A DNA stretch of 64,000 nt from a virus, in the IMG/VR virus record IMGVR_UViG_3300034418_012856, positions 19,838 through 83,837 of that record; one strand, written 5' to 3'. The position numbers were made by a program, and so were the translations under genes. Numbering within the stretch: position 1 is the first letter of the stretch; every line of letters begins with the position of its first letter. Below, one piece after another: positions 18,139-26,750 of the stretch. The notes under the pieces were generated by a model. That model was not told where the DNA came from. It ran no database searches and worked only from the letters and a program-made list of their open reading frames with translations.

Positions 18139-18621
18139 TTGAGGTACATTAAAACCATAAATGAATTTTTTGACGTTGGTGTTTTTGGAGACACCTACGG
18201 ATATGGTGGGGCAAATGGTATATTCAAGGTTCAATATAAGCCTTATAAGGATCTTTCCGTTTCTGTTGGTCCTGATCCAAATGTAAAGAGGAATGTAAGA
18301 GGATCACAATTTCAGGTTGGTGATATTGTTATTGGACAGCCTGTAGATTCTGAGAAGAAAGTTGCTGGAATGATCGTTAGAGCTGAAAGAGCCCCTGACA
18401 ACAAATCCTATAAGTATTTCGTTCAGGTTCACACTAAAGGAAAGGACACAGAGGAGGTATTAGAGCTTATCCCGGATTCGGTTGAATTCGTTGACAATGG
18501 CGATAAAGGGCATAAGCAAATTATCTCTCACTTTAAGCTGGATACCATGCCGGGTGGGGTTTACAATTCTCCTACTGTTTACAACAACACAAAACTTGGC
18601 ATCGAGGCTATAGGAAGTTAG
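18139..18621 (+). CDS. Putative internal head protein with SH3/KOW-like domain
   Basis: N-terminal IKTINEF leader; FQVGDIV..GMIV beta-barrel pattern. Confidence 0.45.
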   Translation: MRYIKTINEFFDVGVFGDTYGYGGANGIFKVQYKPYKDLSVSVGPDPNVKRNVRGSQFQVGDIVIGQPVDSEKKVAGMIVRAERAPDNKSYKYFVQVHTKGKDTEEVLELIPDSVEFVDNGDKGHKQIISHFKLDTMPGGVYNSPTVYNNTKLGIEAIGS

Positions 18622-18649
18622 AAACTTTCATTCTTTTTACTGCTAAGAT
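18621..18649 (+). promoter_or_regulatory. Putative GAAAC-N18-TAAGAT promoter
   Basis: Bipartite motif directly before the UvdE-like gene. Confidence 0.5.
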
Positions 18650-18652
18650 GTA

Positions 18653-19534
18653 TTGATGATTCTAAGCAGGAACTTAAACAAAATAGGCTACATTAACAGG
18701 GAGATACCTCAATCCCTGGAAGGTGTTTCGCAGTTCCTATCTTTGATCCTAGATAACCTAAAACTTGATAGTGATAGAGGTATTCCTGTATCGTGCTTTG
18801 AGGTTCCTCAGGGATTCCAAGTTTTGGATTTTTCATCTATTGAAGAAGGGTCTGACGAGTCCTCTAAGGTGTGGGAGATTTTCCAATTCCTTAAAAGTAG
18901 TAAGCAAAGGATTTTCTTTTACTTGCCTAATTACTATTTCTTAGGTAGCCAAATACCAGAAGTGGTTGAAACTACCAGAGGAATGATTTCATCCCTTTGC
19001 TCTTTTTTGGAGCAGGTTGGTGTCAGGGAAACCTCGGTTGTTATTAGAATTGGTAGTGCTTATGGTGCAAGAAAAGCTACCATGGATAGATTTTGTAGCG
19101 AGATTAGATCCTTCGATAAAACAACAATTGCAAAGCTTTCTGTTTGTAATGATGAAAAACCAAGTCTCTTCTCGGTAACAGACCTTTTAAGTGGAGTCTT
19201 CTATCAGGTTGGAATACCTATCGCCTTTAGATTTCTACCGCATCAGTTTAATAATGGTGGACTTTCGGTTAGGGAAGCTTATTTTCTTGCTGTCTCGACG
19301 TGGGATAAAAACCAAGTCCCCGTTTTCTTTCACTCAGAGTCCGAAGAAGTTGATGAGAATGGTTACTCATTATCACCTTCACCCTCGTTAAAACTGAGAC
19401 ACCGAATACCCACTTTTGGACTTGAGATTGATGTTATCTTGGATTCTTCTGACGGCCTTTCCACTTGTGCAAATTACCTAGGTAATTATCTTTCCCTTAA
19501 GCCTATGGTAATTAATAAAGTTAGTAAGAAATAA
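18653..19534 (+). CDS. UV-damage endonuclease (UvdE/UvsE)-like protein, apparently catalytically degenerate
   Basis: G.AYG.....MDRF, NDEKPSLFSV.DL, IPI.F, GGLS..EA..LA.STW, SES; metal ligands substituted. Confidence 0.7.
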   Translation: MMILSRNLNKIGYINREIPQSLEGVSQFLSLILDNLKLDSDRGIPVSCFEVPQGFQVLDFSSIEEGSDESSKVWEIFQFLKSSKQRIFFYLPNYYFLGSQIPEVVETTRGMISSLCSFLEQVGVRETSVVIRIGSAYGARKATMDRFCSEIRSFDKTTIAKLSVCNDEKPSLFSVTDLLSGVFYQVGIPIAFRFLPHQFNNGGLSVREAYFLAVSTWDKNQVPVFFHSESEEVDENGYSLSPSPSLKLRHRIPTFGLEIDVILDSSDGLSTCANYLGNYLSLKPMVINKVSKK

Positions 19535-19544
19535 TTTTTATTAG

Positions 19545-19565
19545 CGTTTGTTTTCCTTAGTTTTG
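19545..19565 (+). promoter_or_regulatory. Bacteroidota sigmaA-type promoter (-7 element TAGTTTTG)
   Basis: CGTTT-N8-TAnnTTTG, 14 nt before the Nei start. Confidence 0.55.
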
Positions 19566-19579
19566 TGTAAAACAAGAAT

Positions 19580-20359
19580 ATGCCTGAGTTAGCGGAGCTT
19601 AAACTTACTTCTGATTTTGTCAATGGAGTTGTAAAGGATAAGGTGTTTACACACATATCTAAAAATCCAGAGCACAAATGGATTGAGGTTGATTTTGGTG
19701 AACCCTTTGCTTTGAGGTCTTTCAGCAGGGGTAAAGAGATTAAACTGGTTCTTGAATCTGCAGAAACTGACAAGGTCGATAATCTTATGATGACCATGGG
19801 CATGGGAGGTCATTTCCAATGGGCTTCTCGAGGGGAGACTATAAAACATACCCACCTTTTCTTTCACTGTAATGACGGTGGACATTTGGCCTTTGTTGAT
19901 GTGAGGAGATTTGGTAAATGGAAGTGGGGAGATTGGAATAAAGATAGAGGTCCAGATCCAACCACCGAATATTTCCTTTTCTGTAATAACATTTTACAAA
20001 ATCTGCACAAAAGAGCCTTTGATAAACCCATATATGAGGTGCTAATGAACCAGAGGTACTTCAATGGAATTGGAAATTATCTGAGAGCAGAGATTTTAAT
20101 CAGAATTCCTGATGAGGATCCTTTCCAATCTGCCAGAGAATTTATCAGTAAAAGGAAATGGGAACTATTTGAATTGTGTAAGGATATACCAATTCTTGTT
20201 TATGAAATAGGAGGGGGGACACTAAAAGATTGGAAGAATCCCTTTGGTGAAGTATCCTCAGTTCGGGCCTTTATGAAGTGTTACGGAAATCCAGTGATGG
20301 AAAAAATAGAAGATCGTGGCGGAAGAATGTTCTGGTACGACCCAAAATGGAAAAATTAA
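19580..20359 (+). CDS. nei: Fpg/Nei DNA glycosylase, NEIL1-like (zincless finger)
   Basis: Catalytic MPE..E, SRGKE, MGM.G, FVDVRRFG, H2TH NGIGNYLRAEIL, no Cys4 finger, DRGGRMFW. Confidence 0.92.
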   Translation: MPELAELKLTSDFVNGVVKDKVFTHISKNPEHKWIEVDFGEPFALRSFSRGKEIKLVLESAETDKVDNLMMTMGMGGHFQWASRGETIKHTHLFFHCNDGGHLAFVDVRRFGKWKWGDWNKDRGPDPTTEYFLFCNNILQNLHKRAFDKPIYEVLMNQRYFNGIGNYLRAEILIRIPDEDPFQSAREFISKRKWELFELCKDIPILVYEIGGGTLKDWKNPFGEVSSVRAFMKCYGNPVMEKIEDRGGRMFWYDPKWKN

Positions 20360-20363
20360 AAAT

Positions 20364-21071
20364 ATGGTAGATAAAAGAATTTTAGAAAATTGTCTCTTCC
20401 TTGACGTTGAAACAGCTACGGGATACAGATCCTTTGAAGATCTGGAGACTGAAAATCCAAGACTAGCAGATCTTTGGTCAAAAAGAGCAAAGTACTACAG
20501 AACAGTATATGAAGACATGAATGGTCTTTCGGATTCTGAGATCTATAAGGAAAAAGCTACACTCGAACCTGAATTTTCTAGAGTTGTATGTGTATCCTTT
20601 GGTGTACTACAAGAAAGTGGACAAGTGAGAATGACCTCTTTTTATGGAGACGATGAGGAAGAAATATTAACCAAGTGTGCTAAGGTCTTTAATAATGCAC
20701 ACGTAAAGAGTATGAAGCTTGCTGGTCATAATATTAAGGGATTTGATATTCCATGCTTGGGTAAAAGCATGATCTATAAGTTAAGCTCACCAGAATTACC
20801 TCCAAATTTGGTTATCTGGGATAAGAAACCTTGGGAAATACCTTACCTAGATACCTCCGAGGTTTTTTCTTTTGGTAGCTGGTCTCACCAAAAATATCTT
20901 TCTCTTGACCTATTAGCATGCTCGCTTGGTATCCAGTCTCCTAAGGATGATATGGATGGATCGAAAGTGAGTGAATACTTTTGGTCAACCGGAGATTGCG
21001 AGAAAATTAAAGAGTACTGTGAGAGAGACGTACAAACGGTAATTGATGTTTTGCTAAAGGTGGCTAAATAA
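20364..21071 (+). CDS. DEDDy 3'-5' exonuclease (PolB-exo-like stand-alone type)
   Basis: FLDVET, GHNIKGFDIP, YCERDV; ATG at 20364. Confidence 0.85.
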   Translation: MVDKRILENCLFLDVETATGYRSFEDLETENPRLADLWSKRAKYYRTVYEDMNGLSDSEIYKEKATLEPEFSRVVCVSFGVLQESGQVRMTSFYGDDEEEILTKCAKVFNNAHVKSMKLAGHNIKGFDIPCLGKSMIYKLSSPELPPNLVIWDKKPWEIPYLDTSEVFSFGSWSHQKYLSLDLLACSLGIQSPKDDMDGSKVSEYFWSTGDCEKIKEYCERDVQTVIDVLLKVAK

Positions 21072-21107
21072 GATTTCCCTTTATTTAAATCCTCCTGGGA
21101 TTGTTTG

Positions 21108-21115
21108 GATATATA
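21108..21115 (+). promoter_or_regulatory. Putative late promoter GATATATA
   Basis: 22 nt upstream of GTG 21138. Confidence 0.7.
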
Positions 21116-21137
21116 AGATTCAAATAATCCCTTTTTT

Positions 21138-21929
21138 GTGAGCGTAGTTAAAGGCTTTAGTGATTTTGTTCTAAACGAAGACAAGGTAGGTTCCTTTTAT
21201 AACGATGAGCTTAATCCCAAGTTTTGGGATAAGTACAAAACTAAAGACGGAAAGGAAGAATGGGTATTTGATAGAATAGTAAGGAAAAAACTTCTTAAGA
21301 TTGCTGAAGACTTCTATGAAAAGTATGAGGATCTTCTGGGAGATCTCCCTATATCAGATATACAGCTCACTGGATCCTTAGCTAATTTTAACTACACCGA
21401 TAAATCGGACCTTGATGTACACGTCTTGGTAGATTTTAATAAGATAAAATCCAAAAGGGATATTGTTAAAGCTGCAGTGGATGGAGTAAGGTTCGTTTGG
21501 AACCTCAGACATGATGTTATCATTAGAGGCCATGACGTAGAACTTTATCTTCAGGATGTTCACGAACCACATACAGCTTCTGGTTTATATTCTCTTATGG
21601 ATGATAAGTGGATACGTAAACCAAAGTTTGATCCACCAGAAGTTGACGAGCATGATGTTAGGAAGAAGTTCGATGGATTTGCTTCTGAAATCAACCAAAT
21701 GGAATCTAAACTTGTTACATCCTCTGCTTTGCCTGACAATGCAAAAGAGATGTACAAGCGTCTCTTGAGGATCAAGGAGAAGATTCAAAAGATGAGAAAA
21801 GATGATCTTGCCAAGGATGGTGAGTTCTCTGTGGGTAACCTAGCCTTTAAAATGCTCAGGAATGAGGGATATATAGGTAAAATAATAGATCTTATTTCTA
21901 AAGCTTACTCTAGGATCTATTCAGAATAA
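21138..21929 (+). CDS. Pol-beta-superfamily nucleotidyltransferase with capsid-targeting-like leader
   Basis: TGSLANFNY...SDLDVH and VELY motifs; N-terminal VKGFSDFVLNE. Confidence 0.8.
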   Translation: MSVVKGFSDFVLNEDKVGSFYNDELNPKFWDKYKTKDGKEEWVFDRIVRKKLLKIAEDFYEKYEDLLGDLPISDIQLTGSLANFNYTDKSDLDVHVLVDFNKIKSKRDIVKAAVDGVRFVWNLRHDVIIRGHDVELYLQDVHEPHTASGLYSLMDDKWIRKPKFDPPEVDEHDVRKKFDGFASEINQMESKLVTSSALPDNAKEMYKRLLRIKEKIQKMRKDDLAKDGEFSVGNLAFKMLRNEGYIGKIIDLISKAYSRIYSE

Positions 21930-21943
21930 TAAAAAGAAAGACA

Positions 21944-24655
21944 ATGTTATTAGTATTCAGAAAAGGGTTGGAATATGATGGTAGCATGAACGGCGAACCG
22001 TCGGACAAAGAAGCCAATATATTTCCACTAATGTCTTTGCCTCTAGATATGGAGGGAGAAGAAACGGATTTAAATGATTTCCAGTGGTGGGCATATTCCG
22101 ATAAATGGAAAGAGTGGCTAGAAGATAATCCTAGAGAATGGCAAGCAGAATCCAAAACGTCAGACTTTGATAAAGCTGAAGCTGTTCTTGAAAACATGGT
22201 TACCTCTAAGGGTGCTATTTCTGAATATGTCTCAAGTCAAGCTAAAAATATTTGGAACAACGGTAAAGTATCTTCTTTCAGCGATTATGTAAAGCTTTTG
22301 GAAGCTGAAGATGAATCCGGATCTTCCGAATCATTCAAGAAATTTGTAAAGTTAGGGTTTGCTCTTGAAAAACTTGCTAAAGACGGCAAATTGAAAGACA
22401 AACTAAAAATAGAAGATCTTGAGGAAGACAAGGAATATTCCATTGTTATAGATCCTATGAACGAGGCTGGCGAACCCATACAGGAAGCCAGGCAAGCTAT
22501 TAGAATTAAAAAGCTGGACGAATCAGCAGGTTTTATCCTTGCTAATTTCGATTATAGTATTCCGGTAGGTAAAGTTAAGGATACTGAAAACTTTCTTGAT
22601 AAGGTTTCTGATTTTGCAAAAGATGTTGCTATAGCAGGTGCAGGATTTGCAGGCCTTTATGCTGTTGCTTACGTCGGCGGCGGTCTGTTATCATCTTGGG
22701 TTCTAATGAAGTCAGCTCGTGGAATTTATAGAACCTTCTCAAGGGGTAGAAGAATATATGGTGCAGTTCAAGCAGCAAGAGGTTCTAGTAGTGCTATTAG
22801 AGGTGGATTTGCAACTGTAAAAAACTTTGCAACTAGAGCCTTTGGTAGAAGAGCAGCTCAAGGAGCTTTAACTAATGCCGCAAGAATAACTTTACCCTCT
22901 GGTGCTTTTGTCGAGGGTGGACTTGCTTACTCAACAAGAGCTACTGGTAATGTTCTTCTAAAAGGAGCAGCAGAGCAATCGGTTAAAGCTGCAGCATCAA
23001 GAGCAGTTGCACAAGGTGGTGCCCGTGCAGCAACCGCTATCGGGGCAAGAGCAGCAGCCGGTGCAGGAGCAGGTGCTCTTGCTGCAGAAGCATCTAATCC
23101 TGTAGGATGGATAATGTTAGCAGTTCAAGCTGTAGGTTCTGGAATAAATCAGATTTGGAATTGGTACAGCGATAAGCAGGCACCTAGATATAGTGAGGTT
23201 GAAGATTTTGCTTATGGTACATTTAAGCCTAAAAATATTCCTATCGGAAAATCAATCACTGTTTGTTGGACAAGCGATGGAGGAGCAGGCTGGGGTGAAT
23301 ACATCTTGGATATAATAACAATGAGCAAGGATGACACAAGGACTACTATGGAGATAGTTAAGATTGGTGAACTTGAAGGTAGATCTATTTTCATGGTTTT
23401 GCAGATCAATTCGGAAATGTTCCAGAAAGCTTTGCAAGATAACGATCTAATGCTTATGTCATTTAGCAATAGTGATGTATTTGAAAGGGGATATCTAGAT
23501 AATGATGATTTGGAGTTCCAAACAATCCTTATACCAGATATTACTGAGCTTACAATCGCTACTTCATTTGTTGGTTACTCAACCTGGGACGAAATGGAGG
23601 AGGCTTATAATAAAGCCCCAGACAATCCAGTATATGTTCCAAAGGATGCTAAGAAAACTTACGAATTCCATTATGTGGATTCTGAGGGCAGGGATGTAAA
23701 CGTAACCGGTACACTAGTTAGTGAAAGTGAACTTGAAGGAAGTGTATTGAAAGAGCTTATACCTGGTGAAGCGGATGTTGTTGAAGAATCTTTTGACGGT
23801 GCAAGAGAATTTGAGGATCTCTTAAACGAAAGTAAAGTGGTTTCATTCTCTGATTTTTCTATGAGAACCTCTAATTTAATAAAAGAGGAAGAAAACGAAG
23901 ATCCTGCACAAGCAGAAGAAAAACCAGCAGAACAGACAGAAGAAACCCCAACTGAAGATGAAAACAAGGAACTTGAAGGATATGAGGCTGAACTTGATGA
24001 TGTAATCAATTCTGGAGTTGGCTTAAAGAAAACAACATATTCTAGAATTCCAATTGTTTCTTATGCGGTAAATACAATCAGTTTTGTAGATCCTAATATC
24101 AATGAATCCCCTGGGGAATTTTCATACTTCTTAGTTGGTGATCAAAGTGTAGATCCCAAACCAAACCAACCTATTTTGGTAGAGTCTGCTTCTGATGATC
24201 TAATCGGAGAACCAAGATTCGGTTTGAAAAAATACGTACCACCCACTGAGGAAGATGATGAAGGTACTATTGTAGAACCAGACGAGGAAGTAATTGATAT
24301 AGAAGATGTTGATAAAAAGAGAACTAAAATTTCTACAGATCGTGCTGATGTGCAGATAAAAAGTGGTTCTAGATCACTCTCTATTAAAGATCGTGATATA
24401 GAAGGTGGAATAAGTATCCTTGCCGAGTTTGGGACTGATGACCTTAAGAGAAAGCTTAATATCGAAGACTGGGAAGAAATTTCTAGCGTCAAGGTTAGAG
24501 AAAATAGTGATGGTGAGCCAATCAAAGTAGTACTTAAGAATAGGTTTGCAAAAATGGGTGATAGAAGAAGGGTTCTTAGAAAAGGAGAACAAGGATTCAA
24601 CACTGCACTGAAATTTGCTAACTCAGTTGAGGATGGTATATCTTTCTCTGGATAA
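21944..24655 (+). CDS. Large putative internal head/ejection protein with hydrophobic Gly/Ala-rich segments
   Basis: VAIAGAGFAGLYAVAYVGGGLLSSW and AAAGAGAGALAAEASNPVGWIMLAV; internal SFSD[YF] motifs; GATATATA at 21868. Confidence 0.5.
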   Translation: MLLVFRKGLEYDGSMNGEPSDKEANIFPLMSLPLDMEGEETDLNDFQWWAYSDKWKEWLEDNPREWQAESKTSDFDKAEAVLENMVTSKGAISEYVSSQAKNIWNNGKVSSFSDYVKLLEAEDESGSSESFKKFVKLGFALEKLAKDGKLKDKLKIEDLEEDKEYSIVIDPMNEAGEPIQEARQAIRIKKLDESAGFILANFDYSIPVGKVKDTENFLDKVSDFAKDVAIAGAGFAGLYAVAYVGGGLLSSWVLMKSARGIYRTFSRGRRIYGAVQAARGSSSAIRGGFATVKNFATRAFGRRAAQGALTNAARITLPSGAFVEGGLAYSTRATGNVLLKGAAEQSVKAAASRAVAQGGARAATAIGARAAAGAGAGALAAEASNPVGWIMLAVQAVGSGINQIWNWYSDKQAPRYSEVEDFAYGTFKPKNIPIGKSITVCWTSDGGAGWGEYILDIITMSKDDTRTTMEIVKIGELEGRSIFMVLQINSEMFQKALQDNDLMLMSFSNSDVFERGYLDNDDLEFQTILIPDITELTIATSFVGYSTWDEMEEAYNKAPDNPVYVPKDAKKTYEFHYVDSEGRDVNVTGTLVSESELEGSVLKELIPGEADVVEESFDGAREFEDLLNESKVVSFSDFSMRTSNLIKEEENEDPAQAEEKPAEQTEETPTEDENKELEGYEAELDDVINSGVGLKKTTYSRIPIVSYAVNTISFVDPNINESPGEFSYFLVGDQSVDPKPNQPILVESASDDLIGEPRFGLKKYVPPTEEDDEGTIVEPDEEVIDIEDVDKKRTKISTDRADVQIKSGSRSLSIKDRDIEGGISILAEFGTDDLKRKLNIEDWEEISSVKVRENSDGEPIKVVLKNRFAKMGDRRRVLRKGEQGFNTALKFANSVEDGISFSG

Positions 24656-24686
24656 AAAAACGTCAATTTTTCTGAGAAAGAAAATC

Positions 24687-24694
24687 GATATATA
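24687..24694 (+). promoter_or_regulatory. Putative late promoter GATATATA
   Basis: 26 nt upstream of the protease gene. Confidence 0.75.
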
Positions 24695-24720
24695 AAGTTA
24701 AATAATAGTAAAGTCAAGAA

Positions 24721-26727
24721 ATGAACGAGTCTTTATTGAATGAAAACCTCCTTTTTATTCTTGAAAAACAAGATAATAATCTTGATGTTTCAAAGGATGG
24801 TGCTGAAAATGGCTATGTACTGAAAGGTATAGCAGCTCAATTTGGCAAGGAGAACAATAACAATAGAATATACGAGGAAGGTGAATACCTGCCTCACCTT
24901 GAATATCTAAAGGATAAGATAGGACAGAAGAGATTGGTTGGTGAATTAGATCACCCCGAAAAATTCGATGTCTCTCTTAAAAACATTTCTCACGTTGTTG
25001 AGGATCTAGTTTATGATAAAGACGGAAGAGTATTAAACATTAAAGTTCGTTTGCTTGACACTCCAGCAGGACAAATTGCTAAAAAGCTTGTTGATGCTGG
25101 TATACCTCTTTCTATTTCATCTAGAGCAGCTGGAAATGTTGGTCCGGATAAGAAAGTCCAGATCAAAAAAATCTTTACATATGATCTAGTAGCTGATCCT
25201 GGTTTTCAGGACGCACAGCTCGAGAGGGTTTACGAAAGCGCTGGTTTTGATGCTTTTGAATTTGAAGAAAGATCAAAAAAGTCTGTAGTAAACAACTTAG
25301 AGTGTGTAAACGAATCGCTAGGGCTAGAAAATGAATCTAGTGTAAAGATATATAAAGTTGAAAATAGCGAAGAATTCGAAAAAATCCTTAATCAAGACAA
25401 AAATAAATCCAACATTATGGAGGCCAACAAAGAATATGTTACTGCTGACGAGCTTAACAAGTATTCTATCTTTTTGAAAAATAAGATGGATGAGCTGGAA
25501 ACGCAGATTTCTGAAATGAAACAACAAGAAGCTCAGGTATCTGAGAGTGAAACTGACAGTGTAGACTGTAAAGCTCTGGAAGAAAGAGTTGCTAAACTTG
25601 AAAAGTATTCAGAATATCTTGCTGAAAACCTAGAGAGTGCTATTAAGTACGGTGAGTACCTAGCAGAAAATCTAGATAGCAGCATTACTTATTCGAAGTA
25701 TTTAGCTGAAAACCTAGATAAGACTATTTCTTATTCTAAGTATTTGGCTGAAAATGTTGATAAGGGTATTTCATATTCAGAGTACGTGGCTGAAAATGTT
25801 GATAAGGCAATCGATTATTCTAAGTATCTTGCTGAAAAGCTAGATGATGGAATTCAATACACAGAGTATGTTGCTGAGAATCTTGATAAGAACATCGCTT
25901 ATTCAGAATATCTAGCAGAGAATGTTGATAAGAACATTGCTTACTCTGAATATTTGGCTGAGAATCTTGATAAAGGAATTTCTTATTCTGAATACCTTGC
26001 AGAAAACCTTGATAAAGGTATTGCTTATTCTGAGTACATCGCAGAAAAGCTTGATCAAGGTATCAACTATACAGAGTACCTTGCAGAAAACCTAAACAAA
26101 GGAATTGCTTACTCTGACTATTTGGCTGAAAAGCTAAATGGAAACATAGCTCAAACTGAAGCTATTCACGAAAGTGCTAAAACTCAAGTTTCTCCTTCTC
26201 TAAATGAGAACGCAAGAGAAACTGCTGAAAGCGCTTCACAAACTGAATTGGTCGAATCAGGATTTGCTGGAGATTACGAAAATCTCGGAAGCAAGATTGA
26301 TTCTCTAATTGAATCGGTCAAGACACAAAAGACTGAGGAAAACATAAACGAGGCTAATACGAAAGTACAGCCAACTGCTCAAACACAAAAAGCAGATGAG
26401 GCAATCAACGAAGCCGAAGAAACTGTGGTAGAATCATCAGGTCACAAATTTATTGATGAAATGCCAGAAGATTATGCTCCGATTTGGGAGTCACTAAATG
26501 AAAGTCAAAAGCAATCAATCATTGCACAATCAGCTTTCTATAATTTAGAGACAAACTATCAGATCAAGAATTTCTGGTCAACTCGTCAGCTTGGTGCTAA
26601 GCCAGTAGGTTTACAGAAACTTCAAGAAAGCCAAGAAACACCAGAGCCTAAGACGGCTTCAAACCCCCAGGGGTACTCAAATGATTACCTTAATTGGGTC
26701 GCTAAGTCGCTCGAAGGTAAGTTTTAA
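24721..26727 (+). CDS. gp21: Prohead protease (gp21) fused to scaffold domain
   Basis: LKGIAAQF..NNNNRIY, GELDHP, SH, LLDTPAG, ISSRAAG, TYDLVADPGF; long repeat coiled-coil C-terminus; precedes the capsid gene. Confidence 0.92.
   Translation: MNESLLNENLLFILEKQDNNLDVSKDGAENGYVLKGIAAQFGKENNNNRIYEEGEYLPHLEYLKDKIGQKRLVGELDHPEKFDVSLKNISHVVEDLVYDKDGRVLNIKVRLLDTPAGQIAKKLVDAGIPLSISSRAAGNVGPDKKVQIKKIFTYDLVADPGFQDAQLERVYESAGFDAFEFEERSKKSVVNNLECVNESLGLENESSVKIYKVENSEEFEKILNQDKNKSNIMEANKEYVTADELNKYSIFLKNKMDELETQISEMKQQEAQVSESETDSVDCKALEERVAKLEKYSEYLAENLESAIKYGEYLAENLDSSITYSKYLAENLDKTISYSKYLAENVDKGISYSEYVAENVDKAIDYSKYLAEKLDDGIQYTEYVAENLDKNIAYSEYLAENVDKNIAYSEYLAENLDKGISYSEYLAENLDKGIAYSEYIAEKLDQGINYTEYLAENLNKGIAYSDYLAEKLNGNIAQTEAIHESAKTQVSPSLNENARETAESASQTELVESGFAGDYENLGSKIDSLIESVKTQKTEENINEANTKVQPTAQTQKADEAINEAEETVVESSGHKFIDEMPEDYAPIWESLNESQKQSIIAQSAFYNLETNYQIKNFWSTRQLGAKPVGLQKLQESQETPEPKTASNPQGYSNDYLNWVAKSLEGKF
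25417..26727 (+). CDS. Putative nested in-frame scaffold protein (436 aa)
   Basis: Internal GATATATA at 25347-25354 and an A-rich leader before in-frame ATG 25417, just after the protease domain. Confidence 0.55.
   Translation: MEANKEYVTADELNKYSIFLKNKMDELETQISEMKQQEAQVSESETDSVDCKALEERVAKLEKYSEYLAENLESAIKYGEYLAENLDSSITYSKYLAENLDKTISYSKYLAENVDKGISYSEYVAENVDKAIDYSKYLAEKLDDGIQYTEYVAENLDKNIAYSEYLAENVDKNIAYSEYLAENLDKGISYSEYLAENLDKGIAYSEYIAEKLDQGINYTEYLAENLNKGIAYSDYLAEKLNGNIAQTEAIHESAKTQVSPSLNENARETAESASQTELVESGFAGDYENLGSKIDSLIESVKTQKTEENINEANTKVQPTAQTQKADEAINEAEETVVESSGHKFIDEMPEDYAPIWESLNESQKQSIIAQSAFYNLETNYQIKNFWSTRQLGAKPVGLQKLQESQETPEPKTASNPQGYSNDYLNWVAKSLEGKF
25606..26151 (+). repeat. 13 x 42-nt (14-aa, YSEYLAENLDKGIA-like) coding tandem repeat
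   Basis: Visible in both DNA and translation; double-heptad periodicity. Confidence 0.9.
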
Positions 26728-26750
26728 AATCTAAAAAATATCTAAAAAAG

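Noticed and set aside
21138-21929. Nucleotidyltransferase as an MNT-HEPN toxin-antitoxin or CBASS cyclase
   Set aside because: No HEPN or effector neighbour; late promoter and virion-type leader argue otherwise
24142-24717. Numerous 60-190 aa minus-strand and alternate-frame ORFs in the track
   Set aside because: They overlap longer, motif-bearing + strand genes and have no recognisable motifs
25606-26151. Regular DNA repeats resembling a CRISPR array (also 47782-48195 and 63034-64000)
   Set aside because: Unit lengths are multiples of 3, variation is mostly synonymous, there are no unique spacers, and all lie within ORFs
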